A stretch of 64,000 nucleotides of DNA from Camelus dromedarius (Eukaryota), in the NCBI RefSeq assembly GCF_036321535.1, contig NC_087436.1, positions 40,178,001 to 40,242,000 on the forward strand. The letters run 5' to 3'. The position numbers and the translations under genes are program-made. The notes under the pieces were generated by a model. It saw nothing but the letters and a program-made list of their open reading frames with translations. It was not told the origin of the DNA and made no database searches. Position 1 is the first letter of the stretch. Each line of letters begins with the position of its first letter. Positions 50,680-63,010 of this stretch are shown here, one piece after another.

Positions 50680-52500
50680 TAGCCATTCTACTGGGTTGCT
50701 GGAGGTGGAGATCACTGTGCATTGAGGGGTAAGAGAGTCGTAAAGAAACCAAAGTTGATCAATTGTGGAATAAGTTTCGCTGTAACAGAAAACTGAGGCT
50801 ATGATTGTGAGGGTCAACGTAGGGATGAGAATATCCTAAGTACACGGATTGCTTATAAGGTGGAAGAAGTTAGTGGTGCTAGTTTAACCCATAAGATATT
50901 AAAATTTTCACTTCCATTATAGAGTTAGGAGGTGATAAACAAGAGGAAGAGCTCCAGGACATAGATTTTTTTCAGTTACTGAAAAAAGAATCAGAAAATT
51001 AGTGAGTGGGAATACAAATATATTTGTAGGCTTAATGGCAGGGAGTTGGATACTATTTTCTCTGTCAAGAGACTGAGTTTTCCTGCTGCTAGAGGAGAAT
51101 TTGTAGGGTTCAATGCCTAGAGAAATTGGGAAACTATTTAAATAGCTATTGTGAAGACTGTGAGTGAAATAGATGATTATCCTGCAAGATTGAAGGCACA
51201 ACTGAGGATGAATCCTCTGAATTCATACTGGCAAAAACCTTTAAAGTTTTATGACTTTAGATTGCCAAACAACATACGTTTAGAGTTTCCCATGACTAGA
51301 GATTTGCCAGGTGGGTTCAAAGGAAGGGCAACACTAAGTGAGAGTGAGGTTCTTGTTAAGAGTGTGCTTCAAATGATACACCACTTTACCTAGACTGGAA
51401 AGCTAAGACATACATAACCCAGAATTGTATGGACAGCAGCAACAAACAGAAACAAAAGAAACAAAAAACGTACAGGCGTCACAGATTGGAGTTCTCAAAG
51501 TTAAGGAAGAGATGTAGTAGGGGGAACTGAATGAGATAAAGTATGGAACTATGAGATGTTTGGACTTAACATTTCAAAAACCTAGGATGTTATTATTAAA
51601 AAGAACAGAAAGTAGACATAAGTTTGTTTTCTATGTCTGTGAGTCTGTTTCTGTTTTGTAAATAAGTTCATTTGTCTTTTTTTTTTTTACCCCCCTGATT
51701 CCATATAAGGGGGAAAGTGGGTGGTAAGGGATAAAATGGGAGTTCGAGATTTGCAGATACTACTATATAAAAAATAGATGAACAAGTTTATACTGTGTAG
51801 CATAGGGAACGATATTCAATATCTTATAGTAACCTATAATGAAAAAGAATATGAAAATGAATATATGTATGTATACGTATGACTGAATTAGTATGCTGTA
51901 CGCCAGATTGACACAACATTGTAAACTGACTATATTTAAAAAAAAAAATAAAAGAGCAGAAAATATCACTGGGAACAGACATTCAGGGAGAAACAGTGGA
52001 TGTAACTTTATCAAGTAACTGAGGCTGGGTGATGTTCAATATTCCAAGCAGATTTGAAATCAGCAAGGCTGATGGCAAATATGCAAGAGAGGAAAACATA
52101 AGCGAAGTTCCAAAATCAACACAACTTGAGTAAGTTTGCTTGAAAACAGAAGAGATGACCTTCCTTTCAACGGGGCCCAGCTATTTTACAGAGGGTGGAG
52201 AGGAGAGGTCTAGAGCAACATGACAGCTAGCAGGGCTCAGCCCCACCCTCCGGAGAGGGCAGCAGTGGAAAGAGCATAGGAGATCTCAGTCACAGCAGGG
52301 AGCTGAGAACAGTTAGGAGTGAGTTTCCAAGGTTTCAGAGCATGCAGTGAAATTATTTGGGTGTGTATGAGAGAGGATTTGGGTGACACAAAAGGAATTA
52401 TAGGCTGAAATAAGGATGGAAATGTGGAAGGTGATGACAAATTGAGATTCTAATGGAGCGATCAGAGTTCAGGCAGATAGAAATGGAGTTAGAGAACCAT
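50680..52500 (-). mobile_element. Highly decayed L2-like internal sequence (interrupted by the L1 at 51615-51950)
   Basis: Purine-rich plus strand; reverse complement near 52050-52076 gccatcagccttgctgatttcaaatc resembles the endonuclease ILGDFN motif. Confidence 0.4.
51615..51950 (+). mobile_element. Short LINE-1 3' insertion with 5' inversion
   Basis: Antisense 3'UTR block (about 51616-51706), then sense 3'UTR and poly(A); TSD aaagaacagaaagta (51600-51614) / aaagagcagaaaata (51951-51965). Confidence 0.9.
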
Positions 52501-52586
52501 CAACACCCAGCCTCAGTTACTTGATAAAGTTACAGCCACTGCTTCTCCCTAAATGTCTGTTCCCAATGATACTTGCTGATCTTTTA
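51949..52586. repeat. Inverted repeat, arms about 86 bp, spacer about 466 bp
   Basis: 51965-52034 matches the reverse complement of 52501-52570 at 65 of 70 positions; weaker match extends 16 bp outward. Confidence 0.95.
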
Positions 52587-52987
52587 AGGGACAGGATTGA
52601 GGATCAGGTCTCAGACATGTCCCTGCACCACTGACAACCTGAATTCTCTCCGAACTGTATCAAACCCAAGGATACCACCAGACATATTTGGAATAACATC
52701 CACCAGCTGCAACTTTATGGTCTCAAGGTCCTCCTTGTAACTATCATTTTGGATGCCAACCAATCCTAACTTAACAGAACCCTGACTTCTTGCTAGCTCC
52801 AATTGTAATTCTTGACAAACAACTTATGTAACTAACCATGGCCTTGAAGTTTTTGCCTTTATAAGCTTTCTCCATTTTGTAGTGCAGGGGAACACAATTC
52901 ACGCGCTCCTTGAATCTGTGTCTCCGGGCTCCAGTCCTAATAAACACCAAATAAATACTTCTTTGTTTCTGAAATTTTGGTTAACCA
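52583..52987 (+). mobile_element. Probable solo ERV LTR (about 400 bp)
   Basis: tataagc near 52860, aataaa near 52939 and 52950, end ttttggttaac; termini degenerate and no clear TSD. Confidence 0.55.
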
Positions 52988-53157
52988 AGGGGACATATAA
53001 CCAGAGACAACCCCATCACAGATAATCAATACAGATACCAGGAAAATAAAGTCTGATAGTTTAACTGGCCAGAACTTTTTTTTTTTTTTTAAAACAGTAT
53101 TTGTCAAGGCAGTACCCTAAATGGATTAGAGCCCAAGAGGATGTTTAAAGGACTCAC

Positions 53158-53164
53158 CAGCCAT
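53158..53164 (-). CDS. Candidate first coding exon end (ATG GCT G), 5'UTR extending to about 53268
   Basis: Reverse complement aaggtcATGGCTG|GTGAGT: G at -3 and +4 (strong Kozak context) and a consensus donor at 53157-53152. Confidence 0.5.
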
Positions 53165-53264
53165 GACCTTGATGGGCTGTGCCTTTGGTAGTGATGGAGA
53201 TTCCAGTCCACTTGGAAGGACAGTGGTCCGGGTTCGCGGCTTGTTCGAGGTGTGGGATGCAGCC

Positions 53265-53345
53265 CTCATTAGAGGTTCAGCGTTGACTGCTGCTTATATT
53301 CAGGCTCGCAGGATGAGGGCCCTTGTTTGTCCATATGACATTTCT
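53265..53345 (-). promoter_or_regulatory. Candidate TATA-type core promoter
   Basis: aTATAAGc (53298-53293); forkhead-like tgtttgt (53324-53330); E-box CATATG (53332-53337) inside the near-palindrome tgtccatatgaca; local CpG cluster 53229-53308 in otherwise CpG-poor DNA. Confidence 0.5.
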
Positions 53346-54104
53346 CCTTTATCTGCATACCTATTTCATTCTTTCCTCACTGTAAATTGACTAATTTCAG
53401 TGTGCCCAAAGCTTCTGTTCAGCCAAATTTTTATTTGTATGTAGTTAGTATGACTTTTTTGGCCTCTTTTCCTCGAACCTATATACACTTCAGTTCTCAC
53501 TGCTAATTGGCACCTTCTTCCCGCATTTCTTTGTTTCGAGACTGCTAGGCCTAGCTCCTTTTCCCCTTGCTAAGCTACAAAAGTATCCGGCAGTCCATGG
53601 TGACCCTTAGGTCAGATCTATTCAAGTGAATTGTGTACCAAGCATTGCTTTCTATCACAGCAAAGCCTGAAAGCAGGGAAGGTTTCATGGCAGACATTCA
53701 GATCAAAGGTAAGAGAATTCATGTTTTAAAATATATTGATCTTGTACCATATAAACTGAGAATTTACCTTTCTTTTTTCCTTGTACAAATACAAAAATAG
53801 TTCTAGGCCAAGAAGACACCAAGGCTTTCAAAAGCTTTAATTATACAGACCTTTTTCTGAGAACAATGTGGTAAATTGAGAAATAAAAAAATGCATTTTA
53901 TTGGGCTCCCAGTAGAGGTGGGTAAGGTAATTTGTTTTTCAGAAGTTGTCTGTCCACCTGATTATTTTGGTGGAGCATTAACCCAAATCCAAGGTTGACT
54001 AAAATTTGAAGTTCTCACATTATTGGGCAACAGAAAAGCCATATTCCAGATCTTTTTCAGAGAATACATTCTTAACATTACTTAAACCCTGAACTTGTTG
54101 GAAA

Positions 54105-54435
54105 CTTATTTTAAAAAAAATTATTGAAGTGTAGTTGATTTATAATGTTAGTTTCAGATGTATAGCAAAGTGATTCAGTAATGCATATGTATACATTTAT
54201 CTTTTTATCAGATTATTTTCCACTTAATTTTATTACAAGAAATTGAATATAGTTCCCTGTGCTATATAGTAGGTTCTTGTTTGTCTGTTTTACATATAGT
54301 AACATGTCTTGTTAATCCCCAACCCCTAATTTATCCCTCCCCACCCTTTCCCCTTTGGTAACCATAATTGCTTTTCTATGTCCATGAGTCTGTTTTCAGT
54401 TTATAAATAGAATTTGTATCCTTTTTTAGATTATT
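54105..54435 (-). mobile_element. LINE-1 3'-end fragment
   Basis: ttattgaagtgtagttgattt...gttccctgtgctatatagtagg...cccctttggtaaccataa...ttttttagatt. Confidence 0.88.
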
Positions 54436-57354
54436 TTTGAGAGCTATTGTCTAAAAATTTTGCTGCTTGTTTCTTTAAATAATCTACTATGTATCTGTTA
54501 ACATAAGGAAGACTGTAGAGAACTGTATACCTGGACTGCATCTGGCTGTTTCCATACAAATACATTTAGTGACATGTATTTTATTATGTTAATAACTTTC
54601 TATAAAGTGTGCTGAGAAAAAAACCTAGATTAAAAAACTTCCTGTAATAAGGATGTTACTGAAAAAATTATTCAGTTCACTGCACAGAGTGTACCCAACG
54701 AAAATACAAGACAGACATTCCACTATCATATTTTTAAAATTGTATGTACACTGAAAATTAGGTAACAGATGCTGCAGAAAATAAAGCAGCATATTCAGAA
54801 TTTAAAATGACTTTGTTTTCTAAGAACCAAATACATAAAAGAAAAATAAGAGTGTGAGTATCTATAGCCTGAAAAAGTTCATCTTCAGCTCCCTTAGCGA
54901 CTGAGCGCCATCCTTTCCATGGACACCACATAGGTGTGTCTGCCAGAGAAATCTCCTAACGGTTCACCAGTTTTCCATTTTTTACCATCAATTTAGAGGA
55001 CAATCTTGGAATGTTTTACAATGGTTATAACTTAGACAAAAGAAAATTGTAATGACAGCTGTGAGGGTCTGGGAAGGTGAAGAGGGGGTCAGGAGAAGAG
55101 TGGGTGGAGTCACTACAAAATGGGAGAAATGCAATCTGTGGTACGTATAAAATAGGGTTTGAATTATATGCTATTTGAAGATGAAGTGAAAACCTATAAG
55201 GCAATCAAAACTATTAGTGTAATTATTTGAAGGTTTAAAGAAAGGTGGAGAGTAAAATGTAGCCATATTCTATATATCCAAGTTTAAAAGCACTGTATTT
55301 TAAACAAGGCAGTAAATTTTATAGAGCTAAAAAATTGCCAACAGTGCTCGCCACTGGGGTGTAGGTTGGTGGGTGGTGAGGATGGACAATGATTCTCATT
55401 ATGTAGTATTTGCTTTTTATGATATGAGAATGTGTTGCTTTGATCATTCCTGTGAGGATAAAAAAAGATCGGAAAGAGAGTTACATGGGTCTAAGTGCTC
55501 TTTTTTTAATATAAGGATAATCTTTGAGAGATATCCAGTGAGGCTCAGTGTAGTTATAGTACCTGCTCAACCCCTCAACATGTCACATTTACCTAAGAGA
55601 AATCTGCCCTTGATCTTCAAGAGCAAATCCAGCCTACCATTGACTGTAGATAATACACAGCTATATAACTGCAGTATATAAACGTGGGCCATGTTTTGTG
55701 TATGTACAAAATCAATTTTATTTTGAAAATTTATAAATTGTATCCAATAACATTGAAATATATAAACATATTAATAACTATTGAATATAAATGTTCAATA
55801 AATATTATAGACTTTCAGCTAAAACTCTTTAAAAATGCACATTCTAAACAAAATTAGGGTCACAATAATTTCATTCTATTTGATTTTTTTTCCCACTTCT
55901 AAGATCTATTTCTATTGTTGAGACCCATAGCCTCACAAAACCATGCTAAATTAATCTGATGAAAAGGAAACCAAGTTCAATGTAGCTGAGGGGAAAAAAA
56001 AAAGCCGGTATTAGTAAACATACCTAGAAATAGAAAGACTTCTTAGCCTAGCTGATGAAGGCAAAGAGACTGCTTCTCAGCCATTAAATAGATTTGTGCG
56101 TTTCATACCTAACCTCACCAAGACCGTCTCGTTAAACAAGTATCACTTCTGCATTATTACCATTGGCCATTTCGAGGCTCAGGGAAAAACTCTTCCTTCA
56201 GCAATGGTTATTTAAAAAACCACACACGTTTCATATTTGATTAACTGGTTGCTTAATTGATAGATTTGTTTTTCTACTTCAAAAGCTTGTGCATTATGGA
56301 GCACCCCAAACAGAGAGGGAAGGCCTGCTAGGTTTTGCCAGCTTATTGGAGGTGTACTATAGCTCTCTCCATGTGAGAGAACTTAGTGATCAACACAAAA
56401 AAGAGTGTCCAACCTAAATACTTAGAACTGAGTCAACTGAAATGGATTTGTAATGGCTGAATAGATTGCAGCTGTATGTCAGTGAAATAATAGTATTTCC
56501 TTCAGTAAGGCACTAGAACCCTGCTCACATTTTCTCTCCACGTTGCACTAGAATCCTCTAGGTTGCAGACTAGTGTAGCTCAAAAGGTAAAAAGTAACTT
56601 CATCTGACATTTATAAGGGATTCTGTGGTTGACTTTGCTCTAAATTGGGCATGAAATAAATGTATTACTGCAAAAGCCGGGAAACAAAATCTATTATGAA
56701 CCTGCAATGAATCTTGAAACAGCAAATCATTTTCTATGATGCAGTATTTTTTCTGCTGTTTTGCTTCATTCATTTTTAAAGCTTCGAGAAAAGCAGTTAC
56801 GTTATCCTTTCTCTTTGCTTTCATTACTTATGAATTCAGTATTAACTTGCTTCATCACCATTTGGTTTCGTTTTTAAAGGACTAAGAATTTTAAGGCATT
56901 TAAAGACTTTGACTTGTTGACAGTGTTATATATTGTCTCTTCAACTATCTTTCACAGATTTCTCTAGTGTGGTTTGATATTCTTAATATCTTAAAATGCA
57001 CAATTTATAATAGAATTCCTTGATGATTACAAGATGATGGGTCAACTATTTACAACCATCATAATAAAAAATAACAAACACAAGCAAATTTCCAGAGCTT
57101 TTAATCTTATGGTTCCTAAATTCCTTTTTGTCTTAGTGGTGTGGTTACTTGTTAAAAAGCTGCAGGTCAGTTTATTTGGTTGTCAATTAGGTGAGTTTAT
57201 GTAAATTCAGTGTATATTTTCAGTTTATTTTTTATTGATGAAAAATCAGATTAGAGATCAATGTATAAAATACATCTCCAAAAAATGAGTTAAAAGTATT
57301 TTCAAAGTTAATGGCATTGTTTGTGATTATGTCAGATGGTCAAATGGTACTGAT

Positions 57355-57535
57355 TTTTTTTGAAGTATAGTTGACATACAATTTTGTGTTAGTGTCTGGT
57401 GTACAACATATTATACATATACATTATATCAGTTATACATATATATTCTTTTTCATGTTCTCTATGTTTTTACAAGATACTGACTATTGTTTCCTGTGCT
57501 GAACAGTACGACTTTGTTGTTTTTCTATTTTATCA
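57355..57535 (-). mobile_element. LINE-1 3'-end fragment
   Basis: tttttgaagtatagttgacatacaat...ctggtgtacaacata...; flanked by a degenerate TSD starting tcaaatg. Confidence 0.85.
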
Positions 57536-59240
57536 AATGACCTAAATTTTAAAATCAGATCCATTGTACTCCTAGGAGTACAGGAGTTTCTGCACTAAAA
57601 ATATTATTTGGGTACTCATGGAAAAGTCTTTCTTTGGAAATAGATCAGAGGGTCACTGAAACCTACAAAACTTTATGTCACTGGAGCATTAACTAAATCA
57701 CAATCAAAATAATAATGCAGTAAAGTTTCTAGTAAATAAAGGGTATCCTAGTAGATATAGAATTTACTTTATAAAATAAAGTGTGAAGAGAGTTTGATAG
57801 ATAAAGATGTGAAGCGGGACTGGAGCTCAGCGGGGAAAAGAAGAGCAGAAAACCGCCTCCAGAAAAGGCAGGTGGAGCAGCAGTGGTTTCTTTCACACAC
57901 AGAAAGAGCTGTGAAGTAAGCACTTCCAGGGCAGAGGAGAAAGTCAAACTGACCCAGGGAGATCTTTGGGGATGTCACCATGCCTCACAATACTGTTCCA
58001 GCTGGACTGACTGCCTTCAGCTGTCTGAGGGAAACCTGCTTTCAGCTGCTAATTCTTTGTCGTTAAAAATTAGCGTCAGCGTGCTGAGAGAATAAATATG
58101 TTTGCATGCTATTTCTGAATTAGGATATCATTCATGTGCTGTAAATTGCGTTTATTATTTATCTTTTTGTTTATGGAGCTCTGCATTGCTGAAAAACAGA
58201 CTGTATTTGTAAGGGATAATGCTGCATTCTCTCCTTTATTTAATATAAAAAAGTATGTGAATTTCCAACAATTCTCAAATTGATGATAGAGTCACACTTA
58301 TGTTCCCACAAGAGCACTCAAGAGTAATAATGCCCTTACATTAATTTTAAGAAAAAATTGCCTGATCATTACCTGATCAGTATTTTAAAACCTCTTTAAT
58401 AAAAGCTTATGAGGTAATTCCATAAAATATATACCAGTTGTTTTAGTATTTTTAGATTCTCTGTGAAATATCTTCATGCTGTTACAATCAAGATTCTAGG
58501 GTTAAAATTCCATATTGTAGAGAAATAGTGATCTTCTCGAAATTTTATTTATTAATGGAATTTATTTCCATATTCTAAAATTATACTATGAGTTAGAGAT
58601 GGAAATGAATAAAAGATATACTGGGCATTCAAGATTGAAAACAAAAAATTCATGCAAACACTATAAGGAAGCTTTTGCATTTCATAATATCTCAAAGTAT
58701 ACTTCAAGACCTTGAGAAATACTAGAGATAAAACACATTTCAGAATGAAAAAACTGATCAACTACTTAAGTTATGAGAGACTAAATATTTGTATGCAATT
58801 AAGTTTCAAAATAATTTAAAAATTAGAATCAAGGGAGCATAAACTCATAACCATAGTTATTTTAACACTTCTCTTTTAATAACTGGTAGAACAAGTAAAT
58901 AATCTTAAGGATATAGAATATTTTAAAAAATACTATTAACCGACTTGATTTAATTGATATTTATGGGACACTATACCTAATAGTGACAGAAAACACATTT
59001 AGTTTAAGTACACAAAGAACTTTCATCAAAAGAAACCATATACTGAGCCATAAAATAAATCTCAATAAATTTCAAACCGTACTGAAATATAGGACTGAAA
59101 TCATACAGAATATGTTCTCTGCCCACAGCAGTGTTTCATTCATCTGTATTTAAAAGGTGTATAGAAAATCCCTAAGTGTTTGGAAATTATACTGTAAGAA
59201 TTTTAATTAACACAGGAATCTAATTTTAAAAAATCACAAA

Positions 59241-59495
59241 ATCCTCCAACATGTTAGCATATGACGCTACCAAGCCCATAAAAATTGCGGCCTCATGGCC
59301 GCCTCTCTTGCTCCCTCCCTCGTCTTGGGAGACGGCCCACACTCAGTCTGTGGACAATGTATTTACTTTTACTTTAACCTGAGCACCAACCTCTACACCT
59401 CACAGACTTTCTCTCGCCTTCTGAAAACAGCCTACCCTCTGTGTAGCATGTATCTCTCTAAATAAATCTACTTTTACTCAGCAGAAAAAAAAAAA
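59241..59495 (+). mobile_element. Polyadenylated LTR fragment (retrocopy-like)
   Basis: LTR-like sequence (cccataaaa...ctctctaAATAAAtctacttttactc) ending in poly(A); flanked by aaaaaatcacaaa / aaaaaaacacaaa. Confidence 0.7.
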
Positions 59496-59613
59496 CACAA
59501 AGTAAATTTTAAAAATTTTTGAACTAAATGAAAATGAAATCACAATAAATGAATATTTGTGTCTATGGCTTAATCATAGGAAAACTTAAAACTTTATAAG
59601 TTTAGATAAGATG

Positions 59614-60108
59614 ACTGCAATAGTTTCTTGTGGCTACTGTAACAAATTCCCACAAACTTGGTCACTTAAAACAACACACATATACTCTCTTACAGTTCTG
59701 GAGGTCAGAAATCCAAAATCAGTTCCACTGGCCAGAAGTCAGGATGCCGGCTGGGCTGCAGGGAAGGAGGCTTTAGGGAAGAATTCATCTCTTCACTCTT
59801 TCCAGTGACTAGAGCTGTTATTACATGCACCCCTTGCTCCCTGCCTGTTCCTCTAAAACCAGGAGCCTAACATCTCGCCTCAGTCAGCACATTGCCTCTC
59901 ACCTCCATAGGCGGGGCCTCTGCCTCCCTCTTATAAGGACGCTTGTGATTACATCAATTGAACTCACCTGGATGATCTAGGCTACTCTTCCCATATTAAA
60001 GTCCTTAACTCCATCACATGTTTACAGTTCTTTCTGCCATATAAGATAACATATGCACAAGATCCAAGAGATAGTAATACCTAGATGTCTCGAGGACCAT
60101 TCAGCACA
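59614..60108 (-). mobile_element. Solo MaLR LTR (MLT1C/D-like)
   Basis: ggctactgtaacaaattcccacaaacttgg...acagttctggaggtcagaaatcc...cttataaggacgcttgtgattacat. Confidence 0.88.
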
Positions 60109-60554
60109 GGAGGCAAAAGGGATTAAAATTAATGATCTAAGATTCCATTAGAAAAAAAGAAACAAGAACAAAAATTAGTATGGCAAATTAAAAGCAAAAT
60201 GAAGTAAAGTCATAATGAAGATAAGAACAGAGATGAGTAATATAAAAGCAGTCAAACAAAAGAATTAAGACAAACCTTGTTCCTTTAGTAATAGAATTAC
60301 TAAACCCTGAAAAATTCACAAAGACAATTAGAAAAAAACAATTTGTGAATGTCAGGGATGAAAACAAGGATATCATCATAGATCCTTCAAATGTAGAAAA
60401 AAAGGATATTAAGAGTATATTATAAGCAAATTTTTTTCAATTAATTTGACCACATAGAGAAATCATGTGCATTTGTATGTTTTAGTTATTTTGGAATGTG
60501 TGTTTGATTTTGGCTGTTTTTAATTTAAAAAGATCTATTGTAGAAGAAATAGAG

Positions 60555-61126
60555 AATAAAGTGAGAAAAAGAAGTTCAGAGGTATTAACGTCTGGTATCT
60601 GAAGACCACCAGGAGCCCGCCTGTAGCTTAAAAAATTGAGAGCAGCTGCTCACACACCACAGGGGCCATGAGTCATCTCAACAAAAGGGTGTCAGGTGCG
60701 GCACTATAGGGTTTGGGTTTGTGCTGGGTGGTTTGGGCAAGGTTCAAAGAAGCAAGGGTTTCCTCTAGAGTAGATGGCGTCAGAAAGTTCGGGTAATTCC
60801 ATGATTGAGCTTCTTGATCACCGAGGAGACAGGTGAAACAAAGTGAGGCTAATGTAATGGGTAAAGAAGTGTTGTTTACCACGGGCAACTAAGAGAGGAG
60901 GATGCTTGGTCACTTTCTGGTTTGCGCAGTGTTCTTGTTTTTGTCTGAGGTCAGACATGATTACTGAGTGATTTGTTTTTGTTCTGCTCCAACACATTCA
61001 TGGAACTGCACATTTAATGGTGGTCTGTGGGAGTCTCCATCTTAAGAAGGGAACATCACAGTGTAGCTGTTAGCACCAGGCCAGATACCAGCTGACAGCT
61101 ATCAGGGCTGCCTTTGTCTTTCTCCA
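60555..61126 (-). mobile_element. ERVL-type solo LTR (MER76/MER54-group-like)
   Basis: Reverse complement starts tggagaaagacaaaggcagccctgatagctg...ctggcctggtgct and contains acaaaaacaaga. Confidence 0.6.
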
Positions 61127-61129
61127 AGG

Positions 61130-61345
61130 CCTGAAATGGCTAGAAGTAATAAAGGAATTCTGTGAAAACTAGAGAAATATTCAGGTTGAAGTGGCTTGGA
61201 CCACTGAATCTACACATGGACAATAACTGCCTGGACACATGGCCTGGATGCACAGCAGATTTTGAGCGAGTGTGAGTTATACATTTCCCGCATGAACCCA
61301 CTGACATTTGGAGGTTATTTGTTACCATAGCATAGTCTATCATGA
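61130..61345 (+). mobile_element. MaLR LTR 3' fragment
   Basis: ccactgacatttggaggttatttgttaccatagcatagtcta. Confidence 0.55.
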
Positions 61346-62559
61346 TTTTATATTAAACAAACTAAGTTTTTAGAACAGAATTAAATCTGCCATTAAATTA
61401 CAGGATTTTTTAAAAGTATATTATCTGTGCACTCATGTTTTTTAGGAGGCATTTGGAAAATTGATTAAAATAGTTAGACATCAGAAATGCTTAGAAATGT
61501 ATTATCTATCTATAATGATTTGAAAGAGCCATGAAACTTAAGCTCTTATCGTCACTCACTGATCTCAGAATGTACCTTTTTCAAAATGTTGGTGCAGAGA
61601 GACCTCGGTCTGCCTGCAATGATGCAGATTACTAGTACGATTTTAATAAAATGGGGTAAAGGGATTTAAATAAAATTCAGAATAATAGTTTACCATTTTT
61701 TTTTTTACCTAGGTTTGTCCCAAATGTTGAATACAAAGCAAGTAACCTTTCATATTATTTCTAGCATATGTTTCCCTGAACTTGTAAAGATAAATATTTG
61801 GGACATTTACCTGAATCTATACGTTCACAGAACACCATGAAAAGGTTAGTAAGTTTGCATTATTTCCTTTCCAGATGAAATTATTATGCAGGACCATCCA
61901 GATACAAAGACTGCATTTCAGTGATGTCACTCTCTTAGGCAAATAGAAAAGTAGCTATTTCTGTATTCTGCCAATATTAGCCATTGTGCCTTGAAATCTC
62001 TCCTGTTTCTATAAGTGCAGGAGCTTCTCTTCTATTCAATGATCACTGTCACTAGGATTCAAAATTTATGATATGCTTTATTCCAAAATTTTCAGCAATC
62101 TTTTAATTTTATAGGGAATGATAGTATTTCAAATCGAAAAGATGCATAGTTTGGGAATATATTCAGAGAAAGGATTGCTGACTGTCACTGACAAGTCCTT
62201 GCCAGATAACATTACTGAATTTTCCACTCAGGTCAGCTTTCAGTCTAGCAGCCTTGAAAATGATGAATTCAAGACATATAGAGTAAATCCATTTATGAGT
62301 TATGAAACTTAACGTGTGAGACTAACTTGGACCTCATCTTCCTGCTAATTCTGAACAGGTGACATTACAAGTGTTTAATATACTTTGTGTTTTTCATTAG
62401 TGTGTTCTTAATATATTCATAATTTATACTACTAAACATAATATCCATGTGGGTTGTACTCCTTGAATCTGCAAGATTAAAATACCTTCTCCCATTATTC
62501 AGATCTACCTGGAAGCCAAATTAAAATCATAAATTTTCTGGCTGAATATACTTCCTTGC

Positions 62560-63010
62560 ATCAGCCAAAAGTGACAGAAAGTCCAAATTAGCATTGTTTT
62601 AAAGAAAAAAAAAATCTCTCTCATGTTAAATCAAGGCAGTGGCTCCAGGGCTGGAATGATGCCCCCTGTTTCAGAAGATGGGCTTCTTTGACCTGGTTGT
62701 TGTAGTGTTCCCCTTACTTAGTATGCTCTTGGTTTAAAACTGCTGTTTCTGCTCATGCTATCATATTCACATTCCAACCAAGAAGCAGAAAGAAAGAGAA
62801 GTGACGGGCATGCTACTTCCATTTAACTATTTTTTTTCTGAAGGTTGCACATACATTTAATTTTCATTCCATTGGCTAGAACTTAGTCACATGACTGTTA
62901 CTACTTGCCAGGGTGCTAGAAAATAAAAACTACATTCTGAGAGGCCATGTGTCCAGATATATTTTGAAGGAGATAATGTTTTTAGGGGATAATCAGCATA
63001 GCCTCAGAAC
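62560..63010 (-). mobile_element. Old MaLR LTR (MLT1J-like)
   Basis: cacattccaacc...ccattggctagaacttagtcacatgac...ggccatgtgtccag. Confidence 0.65.

Larger units (their letters stand above)
58860..60470 (+). mobile_element. Ancient LINE-1 ORF2 fragment, interrupted by two LTR-derived inserts
   Basis: ccatatactgagccataaaataaatctcaataaatttc; ttttgaactaaatgaaaatgaaa; ggatatcatcatagatcctt. Confidence 0.75.

Noticed and set aside
55373..55681. 102-aa plus-strand ORF, and other unique-region ORFs such as 50039-50353 and 56600-56824
   Set aside because: No recognisable domain, mostly non-ATG starts, no supporting exon structure; lengths are within chance expectation.
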